Shown: positions 1 through 9,081, counted from the stretch's first letter. The stretch is 64,000 nucleotides of DNA from Patescibacteria group bacterium (GCA_016861085.1 BOKR01000001.1:668081-732080), one strand, 5' to 3'. Notes: generated from the sequence alone by a model not told the origin. Numbers and translations: made by a program.

Positions 1-2691
1 TTGCTGAGCTAACACTTCATTAAAATAAAATTCCAGGACTTCTATCCCATGTTGCAGTCTGTCTGTAAAATCTGATTCAGATAAAAACTCCCGTTTCAGA
101 GCTAATTCAAATTGCTGCTGCACTTCTTGCTTGGAAAGCATAATACCTGCTTGCTGTTTGGTATAAAATTTTTCAAGTGCAAAATGAACAGCAGTTCCAA
201 AAGATAAAATAGGGGTTTTGGCTCTGGGAATTCTTAGTAATGAATTAACTAAAAATTCATGTGGATCTTTGAGATAATTATTGAGTGCAGTAACCGATAG
301 TTTAAATTCTCCAACTAACTGAGCAAAAAATTCTTTTTCTTGCTGTGAGTATTTTCTTTGAGTCAGGGGTTGTGTCACTAACATCTGTTCCAGCAATTTT
401 TCACTCTTTATTGCTAATTGAGAGCTTTTTTCTTCAGCAAACTGCACATGATTTTCAAGTTCAGTAACAAACATCGAGTGCAGCAAGTTCTTTCCATCAG
501 TTCTTGTCTTTGACCATGAAACATACGCTCTTTTACTTGCACGGGTGAGTGCTACATAGAATAACCTGCGATCATCCTCGTTTTTTTCTTTCTTGCTAAT
601 GTCAACATTAGTCAGAATACTGTCCGGCAGTGCCAACAACTCTCTGTTTACGCCATTACCCCATTTTTTATCAGCACACCCAATAATAAAAACATACTGC
701 CATTCTTTCCCTTTCGCACTATGTACTGTAGAAAGTGAGACTCTGTTTTTTGTTACATTGAAATCTTGTATTTTAATATTTAAATTGTGTTCTTGCATCG
801 TGGCTACTCTGTGCAAAAAATCATCGAGATCAAATCCCCGTTGTTCACTCACAAACTGCTTTACCACTCCAAACAAAGAATTGATCGCAAACAAATGATC
901 AGTCTTGACTGGTTGAGCCAATACAAATTCCATAAATCCGAAGCCATTTGGTTTTGATTGCTCACCAGATTTTGTTAACTGTGAATTATCTGCAGAAAGC
1001 AACAAGCTAAACCATTCATGGAAAAGCATGTTTTTGCTTTTGTTGTACCAGTCAATCACCTTGAGTTTAAATTCTACCAACGCAGTAAAATCGGCTTCTT
1101 GTAAACCATAGTTCTCCGAAATATCCCCATATTCTAATTCCAAAACTTCACCAACACTCTTGGATACTTTCCCAGCAATTCTTGCTAATTTGTACACAGA
1201 TACTCGCTCTAACCCTATCCATGAATATTGCATTACCTCGAATAATAATTCTGTGTCAATTCCTAGTGCTAACTCTCGCAAGCAGTGCAAAAAAGTAAGC
1301 AGCTGTTGAATAAGCAAGTCGTCTAACACATTTCCACCAATGGAAAGTTCATATTCAATATCCCATTTTTCCAAAAATTCTTGTAGATTTTTTGCTTCAG
1401 CGTTATTGCGATATAAAACTGCAATTTCTTCCAGTAGCACACCCTGTTTTTGCAAACGCTTGATCTCTTCAACAACAAATAAAAGCTCCATAGTTTCGCT
1501 ATCAGCTTCAAAAGTTGTGATGTGACTATTGTCACCTTTTGCTGATTCTAATTTTTTTGTCAGTGCTTTATTAAGTTGTTCTTGGGCTTTGTCCCCACCA
1601 ATTCCAAAATCTAGAATATTATTGCTGATCAGTGTGTGTGCAGCGTCATATACTTCTTGAAAACAGCGATAGCCAGTTTTGAGTGTAATTACCTCTGCCA
1701 TCGGGTATGTCGACACAAATTGCAACATGTTTTCAGTAGATGCTCCTTGAAATCTATAAATCGACTGATGCGGGTCTCCTACCACAAAAATATTTGGACC
1801 ATTGGGAGCATCAGCCCAATATGAGCCAAGCAGCTCCACAATTTTATTTTGGGCTGCATTGGTATCTTGATACTCATCAACCAAAATATATTGAAATCGT
1901 TCTTGATAATCAAGCAATAATTCTTCGTCAGTTTCAAACGCAGCAACTACAAAAGTAATCATGTCATCAAAGTCATAGCGCTTACGTTTTCTTAGCTCTA
2001 CTTTGTACTTTGTGTACAGCGTCAAGAGTTCTTTTTGTTTTTCAAAATCTTTTTTTTGTTTGAGCAACTCAGTGCTTAGTTTTGTCCTAGCTTTTTTTCC
2101 TTTTGCTTCTTGTTCTGCTTGGATTGCCCAAAATTCAGTTTCTGCGTTTTGAATTTCTGTTGCCTCTGATTGCAAAATGACTTCAAACCGTTCAGGGGTA
2201 ATATATTCACGCTTCAACTCTGAAATTCGCTTGATTACCTCTTTTATATAGTGCAACTGACTATTGAGTGGTTTTAGAACTTTTAGGTCAGAATGTAAAA
2301 TCAGATCCTCAAAAATCTCAAATCGTTCAAAGTCTGAGAGCGGCTCACTTCCTCTTTCTATAGGAAATTTTTCTGGATAGTTATTAATCACTTCGCCCGC
2401 AAAACCATGAAATGTCATGATGTTAACGTAAAATCCGTCTGCCCCAATCAAAGAAACAATACGTTCACGCATGTTTTGTGCAGCAGCGTCAGTGAAAGTG
2501 AGAGCTAAAATATTTTGTGGTTTTTGGTCTTGTTCCTGAAGAATTTTAGCAACCCTGGTTGCAAGCACCTGAGTTTTGCCAGTTCCCGGACCAGCCATTA
2601 CCATCACCGCACCTTCAATAGTATCAACTGCCCTTTTTTGTTCTGGGTTGAGTTTGTTGTAAATAGTAGTAAAGTTTTTGTTTTCCTGCAT
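1..2691 (-). CDS. UvrD/PcrA/Rep-family superfamily-1 DNA helicase. Partial: the C-terminus lies beyond the window start. Not in the ORF track because the frame has no stop inside the window.
   Basis: I translated the minus strand myself. The ATG at 2691 is preceded by an in-frame stop at 2701-2703. Helicase motifs read directly: I AVMVMAGPGTGKTQVL (about 2611-2570), Ia LTFT, II ILVDEYQDTN (about 1890-1860), III VVGDPHQSIYRFQGA (about 1800-1750), V LSTVHSAKGKEWQYVFIIG, VI FYVALTRASKRAYV. The frame was checked codon-by-codon at the N-terminus only; the rest is a by-eye translation. Confidence 0.8.
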   Translation of the reverse strand, partial: MQENKNFTTIYNKLNPEQKRAVDTIEGAVMVMAGPGTGKTQVLATRVAKILQEQDQKPQNILALTFTDAAAQNMRERIVSLIGADGFYVNIMTFHGFAGEVINNYPEKFPIERGSEPLSDFERFEIFEDLILHSDLKVLKPLNSQLHYIKEVIKRISELKREYITPERFEVILQSEATEIQNAETEFWAIQAEQEAKGKKARTKLSTELLKQKKDFEKQKELLTLYTKYKVELRKRKRYDFDDMITFVVAAFETDEELLLDYQERFQYILVDEYQDTNAAQNKIVELLGSYWADAPNGPNIFVVGDPHQSIYRFQGASTENMLQFVSTYPMAEVITLKTGYRCFQEVYDAAHTLISNNILDFGIGGDKAQEQLNKALTKKLESAKGDNSHITTFEADSETMELLFVVEEIKRLQKQGVLLEEIAVLYRNNAEAKNLQEFLEKWDIEYELSIGGNVLDDLLIQQLLTFLHCLRELALGIDTELLFEVMQYSWIGLERVSVYKLARIAGKVSKSVGEVLELEYGDISENYGLQEADFTALVEFKLKVIDWYNKSKNMLFHEWFSLLLSADNSQLTKSGEQSKPNGFGFMEFVLAQPVKTDHLFAINSLFGVVKQFVSEQRGFDLDDFLHRVATMQEHNLNIKIQDFNVTKNRVSLSTVHSAKGKEWQYVFIIGCADKKWGNGVNRELLALPDSILTNVDISKKEKNEDDRRLFYVALTRASKRAYVSWSKTRTDGKNLLHSMFVTELENHVQFAEEKSSQLAIKSEKLLEQMLVTQPLTQRKYSQQEKEFFAQLVGEFKLSVTALNNYLKDPHEFLVNSLLRIPRAKTPILSFGTAVHFALEKFYTKQQAGIMLSKQEVQQQFELALKREFLSESDFTDRLQHGIEVLEFYFNEVLAQQ

Positions 2692-2700
2692 CACTCTGTT

Positions 2701-3261
2701 TTATGATATCTTAAGTTTTCGTGCCACAATCTGGATAACGCTACTTGCGACTGAATCAATATTTTCTCCAGCGTCTATCATTTGTAAAACTTCCGAGATT
2801 GGAACGAAGCGTTTTTCTTCTACAAATTCATCAGTATCTGAAACATCTTCATTTGGTAACTCAACAGAATCAACCCTAGCTAAATAAATGGACTCTTTTT
2901 CTGTTGAGCCACTACTTAATGGATAAACTTCTAATAATTTTTCGAGATAAATAACTGTAACTCCAGTTTCTTCTTCAAGCTCACGAATTGCTGATTCTTC
3001 TGGGTCTGTCCCATCTATTGCTCCCCCCGGGATACTCCACTGCGTTTTGCCAATTGGGTATCGATATTGCTTAATAAGTAAAACTTCATTGCTAGCATTT
3101 ACCACTACGATTCCTGAGCCATCACTTCGTCGCATGTACCCATAGATACCTTTTTGACCATTTGGAAATTCTATCTCATCTTCAAAGACTTCTGTCCATT
3201 TGTTTTTATACACACTTCTAGAACTGAGCTTTTTAAACATATGCTTTATTCTAGCATTCAA
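2701..3261 (-). CDS. Nudix (MutT-family) hydrolase
   Basis: Nudix box GGAIDGTDPEESAIRELEEETGV (GX5EX7REUXEEXGU). The stop is 9 nt upstream of the helicase start, so probably co-transcribed. Confidence 0.8.
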   Translation of the reverse strand: MNARIKHMFKKLSSRSVYKNKWTEVFEDEIEFPNGQKGIYGYMRRSDGSGIVVVNASNEVLLIKQYRYPIGKTQWSIPGGAIDGTDPEESAIRELEEETGVTVIYLEKLLEVYPLSSGSTEKESIYLARVDSVELPNEDVSDTDEFVEEKRFVPISEVLQMIDAGENIDSVASSVIQIVARKLKIS

Positions 3262-3274
3262 AACAAAAATTTAG

Positions 3275-3317
3275 GTTGAAAAAGACAAAAAAAGAGGCCG
3301 GGCTGTAAAGCCCGGCC
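3275..3317 (-). terminator. Rho-independent terminator downstream of the 75-aa ORF/DUF2130 unit. Perfect 9-bp GC stem GGCCGGGCT/AGCCCGGCC with a 4-nt loop, followed on the minus strand by TCTTTTTTTGTCTTTTT.
   Basis: Seen directly at 3296-3317 plus the A-run at 3276-3293 on the plus strand. The GC-rich stem is conspicuous in an AT-rich background. Confidence 0.65.
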
Positions 3318-3340
3318 CATAATAAGACCAATAGAAATTA

Positions 3341-3568
3341 TTATTTTTTATTTTTATCTACAATCTTTGGAAACTCAGATCTATTAAAAAATCGTGCTAA
3401 TGCCCAAGGTAATCCCATTATTGCAACAACGTATTTCCAGGCAGATACATGCTCTTCAGAAGCAAAGTTTGCCTTTCCGTCTGTACTTATGTGAACACCA
3501 TAATCACGCATCAAGCTCGTTGGCACTATTGGAGTACCTGACTCTAAACGCTGTATTCTTTTTTGCAT
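3341..3568 (-). CDS. Hypothetical small protein (75 aa) with a hydrophobic C-terminal segment
   Basis: ORF directly downstream of the DUF2130-like gene on the same strand with a 21-nt gap. No recognisable domain. Confidence 0.4.
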   Translation of the reverse strand: MQKRIQRLESGTPIVPTSLMRDYGVHISTDGKANFASEEHVSAWKYVVAIMGLPWALARFFNRSEFPKIVDKNKK

Positions 3569-3589
3569 AAAAAAACCTCCAAATAATTT

Positions 3590-4801
3590 TTACTTCTCTT
3601 CCTCTGCTAATTTTTCCAAATCTTCCAATCCATCATCAAGTTCTAAATACTCAATTCCCGGTAAACTGCCACCAATGATTCCTTGTAAGTCGCCATACAT
3701 TGTTGAAGTGCTTGCAATTACTTTTTCAATTTCTTTGTCTCTTTTGGCCCAAATCCTTGAGAACGATCGTTTCTCGGTTTCTAAATCTTCTTTCATACTT
3801 ACAAAAGCCATTACAATATTTTCAACCCTATTTCTAAATTGTGGACCAGACAAATATTTGTACAACACATCCATTTTTTCATCTCGACCAACCAAAGATT
3901 GTTTTACCTTTGAAATTTCAACTAATTGGATTCTCAAAGCATTAACCAATGGCAAAACATGGGCGTATGAAACTACCCAAACACCGTTGAGCAACCCAAA
4001 ACTAGTAATACTGGAAGGCAAATTTTGAGTAACCAGAATTGCGATATCAGCTTTGACCAAACCCTGATCACTTTTTAATTTAGATATCCACCCCTCACTG
4101 AACGACTTGGTGTTTTTCGACTCCCAAATAATAGTTCCTGTGTGATTGCCAGTCTTTGCGTTCACTTTTTGGACTAAATCAGCACCCTTAGCACCCGTTG
4201 GGACATCACTAATTTCATCTGTGACAAATGATGAAGCTAGTAACTCTCGCAAATCGTCTTCCTGAACCTCGCCTTGAATCTGCATCGAACCTTGTTCGGC
4301 CTTACGTTTTAAATCATCTACCTGTGAGCGCATCATTTCAATCAGTTTGTCTTTTTCCTGCATTTTCAGACGCTGCGCTTCAGCTTCTTGTTTCTTGGTC
4401 TGCGTAACAATTTTATTTCTCTCCTCATCTAATTTTCGAGCCATTTCTAACTCAATTTTTTGTTCTTTTTCTTCTAATTCTCGAGCTTTTTTACGCAGTT
4501 CTAACTCATGTTTTTCAGACTCTTCTAATTTTTTTGTATTCTCTTGCAATTGCTCTTGTAACTCTTTTAATTCTTTTTGCTGTTTTTCCTGAGCTTTTTG
4601 TTGTGCCACAACCCACAGTTTTTTCTTTTCAACTTCTAATTTTTCACTAATCGATTTAGCCTGTTTTTCAAGCTCTGCTTCATACTCTCTTTTCTGTTTT
4701 TCTAGCTGGTGCTGTAACTTGTGCTCAACTTCTTCAGCCAGAGCTTGGGTAAGTGGAATTTGGTGTCCACATTTGGGACAAGTAATTGTTTGATCTGCCA
4801 T
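3590..4801 (-). CDS. DUF2130-like protein: N-terminal CPxCG zinc ribbon, long E/K/Q-rich coiled coil, conserved C-terminal globular domain
   Basis: N-terminus ITCPKCGHQIPL, about 150 aa of heptad-like EKQ-rich sequence, then a C-terminal domain (GADLVQKV...GTIIWESKNTK...ADIAILVT). This architecture is recalled from DUF2130-family proteins. Confidence 0.55.
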   Translation of the reverse strand: MADQTITCPKCGHQIPLTQALAEEVEHKLQHQLEKQKREYEAELEKQAKSISEKLEVEKKKLWVVAQQKAQEKQQKELKELQEQLQENTKKLEESEKHELELRKKARELEEKEQKIELEMARKLDEERNKIVTQTKKQEAEAQRLKMQEKDKLIEMMRSQVDDLKRKAEQGSMQIQGEVQEDDLRELLASSFVTDEISDVPTGAKGADLVQKVNAKTGNHTGTIIWESKNTKSFSEGWISKLKSDQGLVKADIAILVTQNLPSSITSFGLLNGVWVVSYAHVLPLVNALRIQLVEISKVKQSLVGRDEKMDVLYKYLSGPQFRNRVENIVMAFVSMKEDLETEKRSFSRIWAKRDKEIEKVIASTSTMYGDLQGIIGGSLPGIEYLELDDGLEDLEKLAEEEK

Positions 4802-4930
4802 AGGTGCTTTCTAAAATATGCGAAGTACCATTATAGTACAATAGAAACCTAAAATATGCTGACCCGTGTTAGAAATATGGACACATTAAAGCAAGGCTCC
4901 ATTTTGCAGTTATTGTGCCAATCTCACTTA

Positions 4931-6286
4931 TTACAGCTTAATTTTCTTTGGCCGATCTGAAGATACCTTCCAATTATCACACATGCCATTCCAAGTTTGG
5001 GCATCCATGAGCCAGCCGTCATTCGCTTTGCCAACCTCTTCAAGTAATGCGTGCGTTACTTCCATAGCCCGCCTTGGATTCCTTTGTGCATACTCAAGTA
5101 TCCTTGGCACTAAATTCATTTTTTCTGATTGGAATGTTTCCAGCCTCATCCATGTATTACAACTCCTCATTTTCTCGTTTATCATTTGAACAATTAGCTC
5201 ATCATTCCATGCAAATACCCCATCTAAAACCTTTATTCCTGTGTTTTTAGTTTTCACCCTTGCCGGAGAAAAAACCTTTAGATAGACACCAACTTCTTGC
5301 AAACGAGCAATTAGCTTGTGGTCAGTGAGTGCATCAAGTGTTCTTTTTGCCTCTCTATTGTTTTGTATATCTGCTACTAAATATATATTTTGTGCATAAT
5401 CACCAAGTAAATTATGCACAACTTTCACCATTTCTGGTACAGTTTGTATTGCTTTTGCTCTTTTTACAGTACGGTCTACATTTCTTATAAACTGTTTCCT
5501 GTCCCTAAGAGATGGAATCGCACCTTCCTTTCTTGAGACCAGACTTCGAAGTGTCATAAGAATACCTTGCAAAAAAGTTTCTTTTGCTTGTGATCCTACA
5601 TATCTAGATTGTATTCTTTGCGCAATTGGAAATAGTGCTTCTAAACCCTCAGGGTCATCATCTTTCCGTCTATGGTTTACAACTGCTCGTAGCAAATTTT
5701 GCATAGGTTTACCACCAGTCTTCACAACCCTGGCATAATCAACCACAAATTGTGAATGTGCACCTGACATGCTTTTACGATCATAGATAAGGTGAAACCT
5801 TTCTATAAGTTCAACTAATCTACCCATGCTTTGACAAATCATTTGATCTATAGAACCACTCTTTAATAAACTTAAATCAAGAGGAATTACTAAATTGCCC
5901 CCCGACACCAACCTTTCATACATCTCAAACACCATTCCTGAATGTGTTGCCCCTTCTCCTGACTGATAAGGAATAACAGCATGTTCATGTTTTTTTAAGA
6001 GTGAAAATAAATCAGTTCTGTATTTAGAATTTTCTACTACTTCGGTATGGGCCGGACTACCCCCATGATTTTCTTGAAGATACATAAGCAGTTCTTCTGT
6101 CGTAAAATTTCCCAGCATCTCCCTAATTCTGACTTCATCAGGTTTTTCATAGTACCTAACACGCTTATTCTCAGCTTTTACACCAGCTTCATCAGGGTTT
6201 TTTCTGGAGGTTTCTATCCTCTGTGTAAATCTTTGCATAGCATCTTTCTGCCTATTACAGGCCTTTTTTGCGATTATATTCTGCAT
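4931..6286 (-). CDS. Hypothetical protein (451 aa), no recognisable domain. Local GC looks slightly higher than neighbours.
   Basis: Long ORF transcribed divergently from the 6374 gene. No Walker, HTH or catalytic motif recognised. Confidence 0.5.
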   Translation of the reverse strand: MQNIIAKKACNRQKDAMQRFTQRIETSRKNPDEAGVKAENKRVRYYEKPDEVRIREMLGNFTTEELLMYLQENHGGSPAHTEVVENSKYRTDLFSLLKKHEHAVIPYQSGEGATHSGMVFEMYERLVSGGNLVIPLDLSLLKSGSIDQMICQSMGRLVELIERFHLIYDRKSMSGAHSQFVVDYARVVKTGGKPMQNLLRAVVNHRRKDDDPEGLEALFPIAQRIQSRYVGSQAKETFLQGILMTLRSLVSRKEGAIPSLRDRKQFIRNVDRTVKRAKAIQTVPEMVKVVHNLLGDYAQNIYLVADIQNNREAKRTLDALTDHKLIARLQEVGVYLKVFSPARVKTKNTGIKVLDGVFAWNDELIVQMINEKMRSCNTWMRLETFQSEKMNLVPRILEYAQRNPRRAMEVTHALLEEVGKANDGWLMDAQTWNGMCDNWKVSSDRPKKIKL

Positions 6287-6322
6287 ATTTACTATGTACT
6301 TGACAACCTATTGTTACTTTAG

Positions 6323-6355
6323 TGTCAGAATAATGTCAGATATTTGACATATTGT
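6323..6355. promoter_or_regulatory. Three phased 11-bp direct repeats (TGTCAGAATAA / TGTCAGATATT / TGACATATTGT) in the divergent promoter region. Candidate operator for the adjacent OmpR-type winged-helix protein.
   Basis: Read directly. The 11-bp periodicity matches how OmpR/PhoB-family DNA-binding domains bind direct repeats. The repeats overlap a TTGACA at 6344-6349. A TGtTATATAAT-like -10 at 6353-6363 sits about 10 nt before the ATG at 6374. Confidence 0.45.
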
Positions 6356-6373
6356 TATATAATATGATCCATA

Positions 6374-7579
6374 ATGAAACAAGGACCAAGCATCCACCCT
6401 GAAACAATTGCAAAAATTAGTTCAAGGTGGATCCAAGCAATCAAAGCCCAAGAAAACATACTCTCTGTCTTTCCAAGAGGTGTGGCTGGGTATCGCCGAC
6501 TTGAAAGCCTAATTTCAGATCAAGAACTTCTCAAGAACAACTCAATAAATGTAGAAAAATTTGCTTTCTATTACTACCGAGTTGAACCAACATCTCCAGA
6601 TTTTATTACAACGTTACAAAACCTATTTCAGATTAAAAAGAAAATAGAAAATATTGATCAATGCATCCAAGAAATCAATAAAAAGTACACACAAAATCAA
6701 CAACACATCTTTCTTATTGCTTTTATTGATAGTTGGCTAAACAAGGAAACTACAATTTTACATTTGCTCAGCTTAGTATCAGATAGCTGTCCTCAAATCC
6801 AATTTTTATTGCTCACTGAAGAAAATATACATGACACCGAAAAAATAATTCTGCTTGGAAAATACCATCAGCTCTTTCAAAATATTAGTTACATTCCGCT
6901 CTACTCAAATGAAACGCTCCAATACTTTGTTACTGATTACAGCACCATACTTGAAAAGCCAATCTCAAAAGACCAAGCGCTGAAACTGCTTCAAGTTACA
7001 GGGAAACACATTGCACTGGTAAAAGAGGCTGTGCGATTACACTGTTTGTATGATGTTCCTTTTCAAGAAATTACTCAACAACTGAGCTATAAAATTAAAT
7101 TGAGCCAAATATGGAGTTCTTTTTCAAGAAAGGAACAAACGGTTTTCAACAAAATTTGGAACAACCAAGTACTAGAAACCCAAACTCTAAAAGAAACATA
7201 TATACATTTAAGAGACTTACAATGGTTTGAAGAAACTCCTGAAAAAATACTCTGCTCTGTACCAGGCTTTGAATACTTTATCACTCAAAAAACACCTGTA
7301 AAGCTACTACTACAACTCGGTCATCTCTATATCGGTGATACTATTGCGGATGATAAATTTACACAAAATGAAGCTAAACTTTTAACACTGTTCCTTTCTG
7401 GAACAAAAAATTTATACACAAAAGAGGAACTTTTTGAACAACTGTGGGACAACCCAGAAGAATATTCTGATTGGGCACTTGATAAATCACTCCATCGCCT
7501 GAGAACAAAACTCAATGAATTACAAGTAACTTCCCAAATAGTAACACTCAGGGGTAGGGGGTACTCGTGGCAAGCATAG
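6374..7579 (+). CDS. Uncharacterised protein with a C-terminal OmpR/PhoB-type winged-helix DNA-binding domain and an approx. 300-aa N-terminal domain of unknown type. No P-loop and no canonical receiver aspartates.
   Basis: The C-terminal 70 aa (LTLFLSGTKNLYTKEELFEQLWDNPEEYSDWALDKSLHRLRTKLNELQVTSQIVTLRGRGYSWQA) match the trans_reg_C pattern (…RLRKKL…TVRGVGY…). The N-terminal part is unassigned. Confidence 0.6.
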   Translation: MKQGPSIHPETIAKISSRWIQAIKAQENILSVFPRGVAGYRRLESLISDQELLKNNSINVEKFAFYYYRVEPTSPDFITTLQNLFQIKKKIENIDQCIQEINKKYTQNQQHIFLIAFIDSWLNKETTILHLLSLVSDSCPQIQFLLLTEENIHDTEKIILLGKYHQLFQNISYIPLYSNETLQYFVTDYSTILEKPISKDQALKLLQVTGKHIALVKEAVRLHCLYDVPFQEITQQLSYKIKLSQIWSSFSRKEQTVFNKIWNNQVLETQTLKETYIHLRDLQWFEETPEKILCSVPGFEYFITQKTPVKLLLQLGHLYIGDTIADDKFTQNEAKLLTLFLSGTKNLYTKEELFEQLWDNPEEYSDWALDKSLHRLRTKLNELQVTSQIVTLRGRGYSWQA

Positions 7580-9078
7580 AAAAAAGAACTACACTCTCTG
7601 AATTGTGGAATGCCGCTGATCTCTTACACAGACCAGAGCCACCACAACTTTTGACAAGTCTGTTACTTTCATTCAGAAAAAAAGGACTCATAGACGAAGC
7701 AACGCAATTATTTTTGTTTGATTCGTTGCCCTTGTACTATCTTTTAAAGTCAGATACTGAGTGTCTTAGTTTTTTTGGTGACACTCCAATGATTCCTTTA
7801 TTGGTACAGGCAGGTTTAGCAAGCCATTTTTTTAACACCCCAGAAAATTTGCCAGAAAAACAACAGAAACGTATTGACCAAATAGAATCCTACTTCACCG
7901 TTGGACCAAATGATATTGATCTAAAAATACCTGGTTTAAACAGCTCTAACTGGGAGGCCACGGTAGAATGGTTAACTAATAATTCTCAAAGTATTCAAAA
8001 AACTGAAGCAAAAGAAGAATACCTATGCACTGGCATAGCTATTTGGGATCAAGCACAACAAGTTGAATTTACTGATCGTAAAGTATATGAAAGAAATAAC
8101 TTACTTGAACAATCACCTGAAAAAACAAATGCAGTTCGCGCCACAGTGGTCAAAAATATCGACGGCAATCATGAAACACTTATAGTTATTATTTTAGAAC
8201 TTGGATTTTGTGAACAGAATGCTGTCACTTTAAAAACTTTCAAACCAGTTGCAACAATACATATTTCAAATATTCCGCAACATGACACTCGATTACAAAA
8301 GAATCCAAACTCCACATTGGCTCAAATAACCCCCAAACTGAGTGTACCTGAAACAACTGAAGCAGACTGTACTATAGAATATCCAGAAAACTTTGAAACT
8401 TTACTATTTGAAGAGTTACAATTACTCCTTGATCCGCAAAAACCACTAGAAAGTTTTGTTGCAGCAATTAGTTTTTTTAGAAAAATAAATGTTAAGTTTT
8501 CTTTAGCAAATAAACATATTGAGAGAAGAAGACAAAAATTAGACATCACTGATGCGGAATATGACCTAGTAGTCATAAATCCATTTATTTCTTTTTATTC
8601 ACTTTTTAATACCTTTTTGAATGACCTATCAGAACCAATAAAATTAACCCAAGAATATGATATTGCCCGCTTCTCAAGCGATTTAGCTCTTATTGCAGTT
8701 GCTGTTGGACCAAAAGAATTTAGTAAAGTCCTAATTTCAACAGGATTAGTAAACTATATTGAAAGAAATATTGCAGGCTTTCTAAAACAAGGGATTGAAA
8801 CAAACCCTTTTTGTAAAGGTCTTTTATTTGAAAAGACTCACATAGCCATCAAAAAAAACGAAAATAAAATAAAAGCAAGCTTATTTCCATTCCCAGAGCC
8901 AAATAATTTTGGCAAACAAGAAACACACCCTCTTCCTTGGGATGGTCTGACTGCTCTCATTCAGTTACTCAAGGAGAAAACAGAAATTGAACTTTCACAA
9001 TACCCACTGCTTTGTTTTATCAACCTCTTTTGCGCCCCTTTTTTTGAAGATACTCAAGACCAACAAAACGTTTACTAA
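7567..9078 (+). CDS. Hypothetical protein (503 aa), translationally coupled to the upstream winged-helix gene
   Basis: GTG start at 7567 overlaps the upstream stop (7577-7579) by 13 nt. A G-rich SD-like run (GGGTAGGGGG) lies just upstream. No recognisable domain. Confidence 0.5.
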   Translation: MASIEKRTTLSELWNAADLLHRPEPPQLLTSLLLSFRKKGLIDEATQLFLFDSLPLYYLLKSDTECLSFFGDTPMIPLLVQAGLASHFFNTPENLPEKQQKRIDQIESYFTVGPNDIDLKIPGLNSSNWEATVEWLTNNSQSIQKTEAKEEYLCTGIAIWDQAQQVEFTDRKVYERNNLLEQSPEKTNAVRATVVKNIDGNHETLIVIILELGFCEQNAVTLKTFKPVATIHISNIPQHDTRLQKNPNSTLAQITPKLSVPETTEADCTIEYPENFETLLFEELQLLLDPQKPLESFVAAISFFRKINVKFSLANKHIERRRQKLDITDAEYDLVVINPFISFYSLFNTFLNDLSEPIKLTQEYDIARFSSDLALIAVAVGPKEFSKVLISTGLVNYIERNIAGFLKQGIETNPFCKGLLFEKTHIAIKKNENKIKASLFPFPEPNNFGKQETHPLPWDGLTALIQLLKEKTEIELSQYPLLCFINLFCAPFFEDTQDQQNVY

Positions 9079-9081
9079 CTT

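Noticed and set aside
593-2887. Eight short plus-strand ORFs in the track (593-898, 1340-1525, 1636-1824, 1740-1958, 2515-2706, 2678-2887) and the 1323-1535 minus ORF
   Set aside because: They lie inside or antisense to the long helicase and Nudix reading frames that I translated on the minus strand. They are low-complexity with no motifs, so I treat them as spurious.
3675-4592. Plus-strand ORFs 3675-4028 and 4347-4592 (the latter Ser/Cys/Phe-rich)
   Set aside because: Antisense to the DUF2130 coiled-coil gene. The repetitive codon usage of the EKQ-rich gene produces the S/F/C-rich antisense frame.
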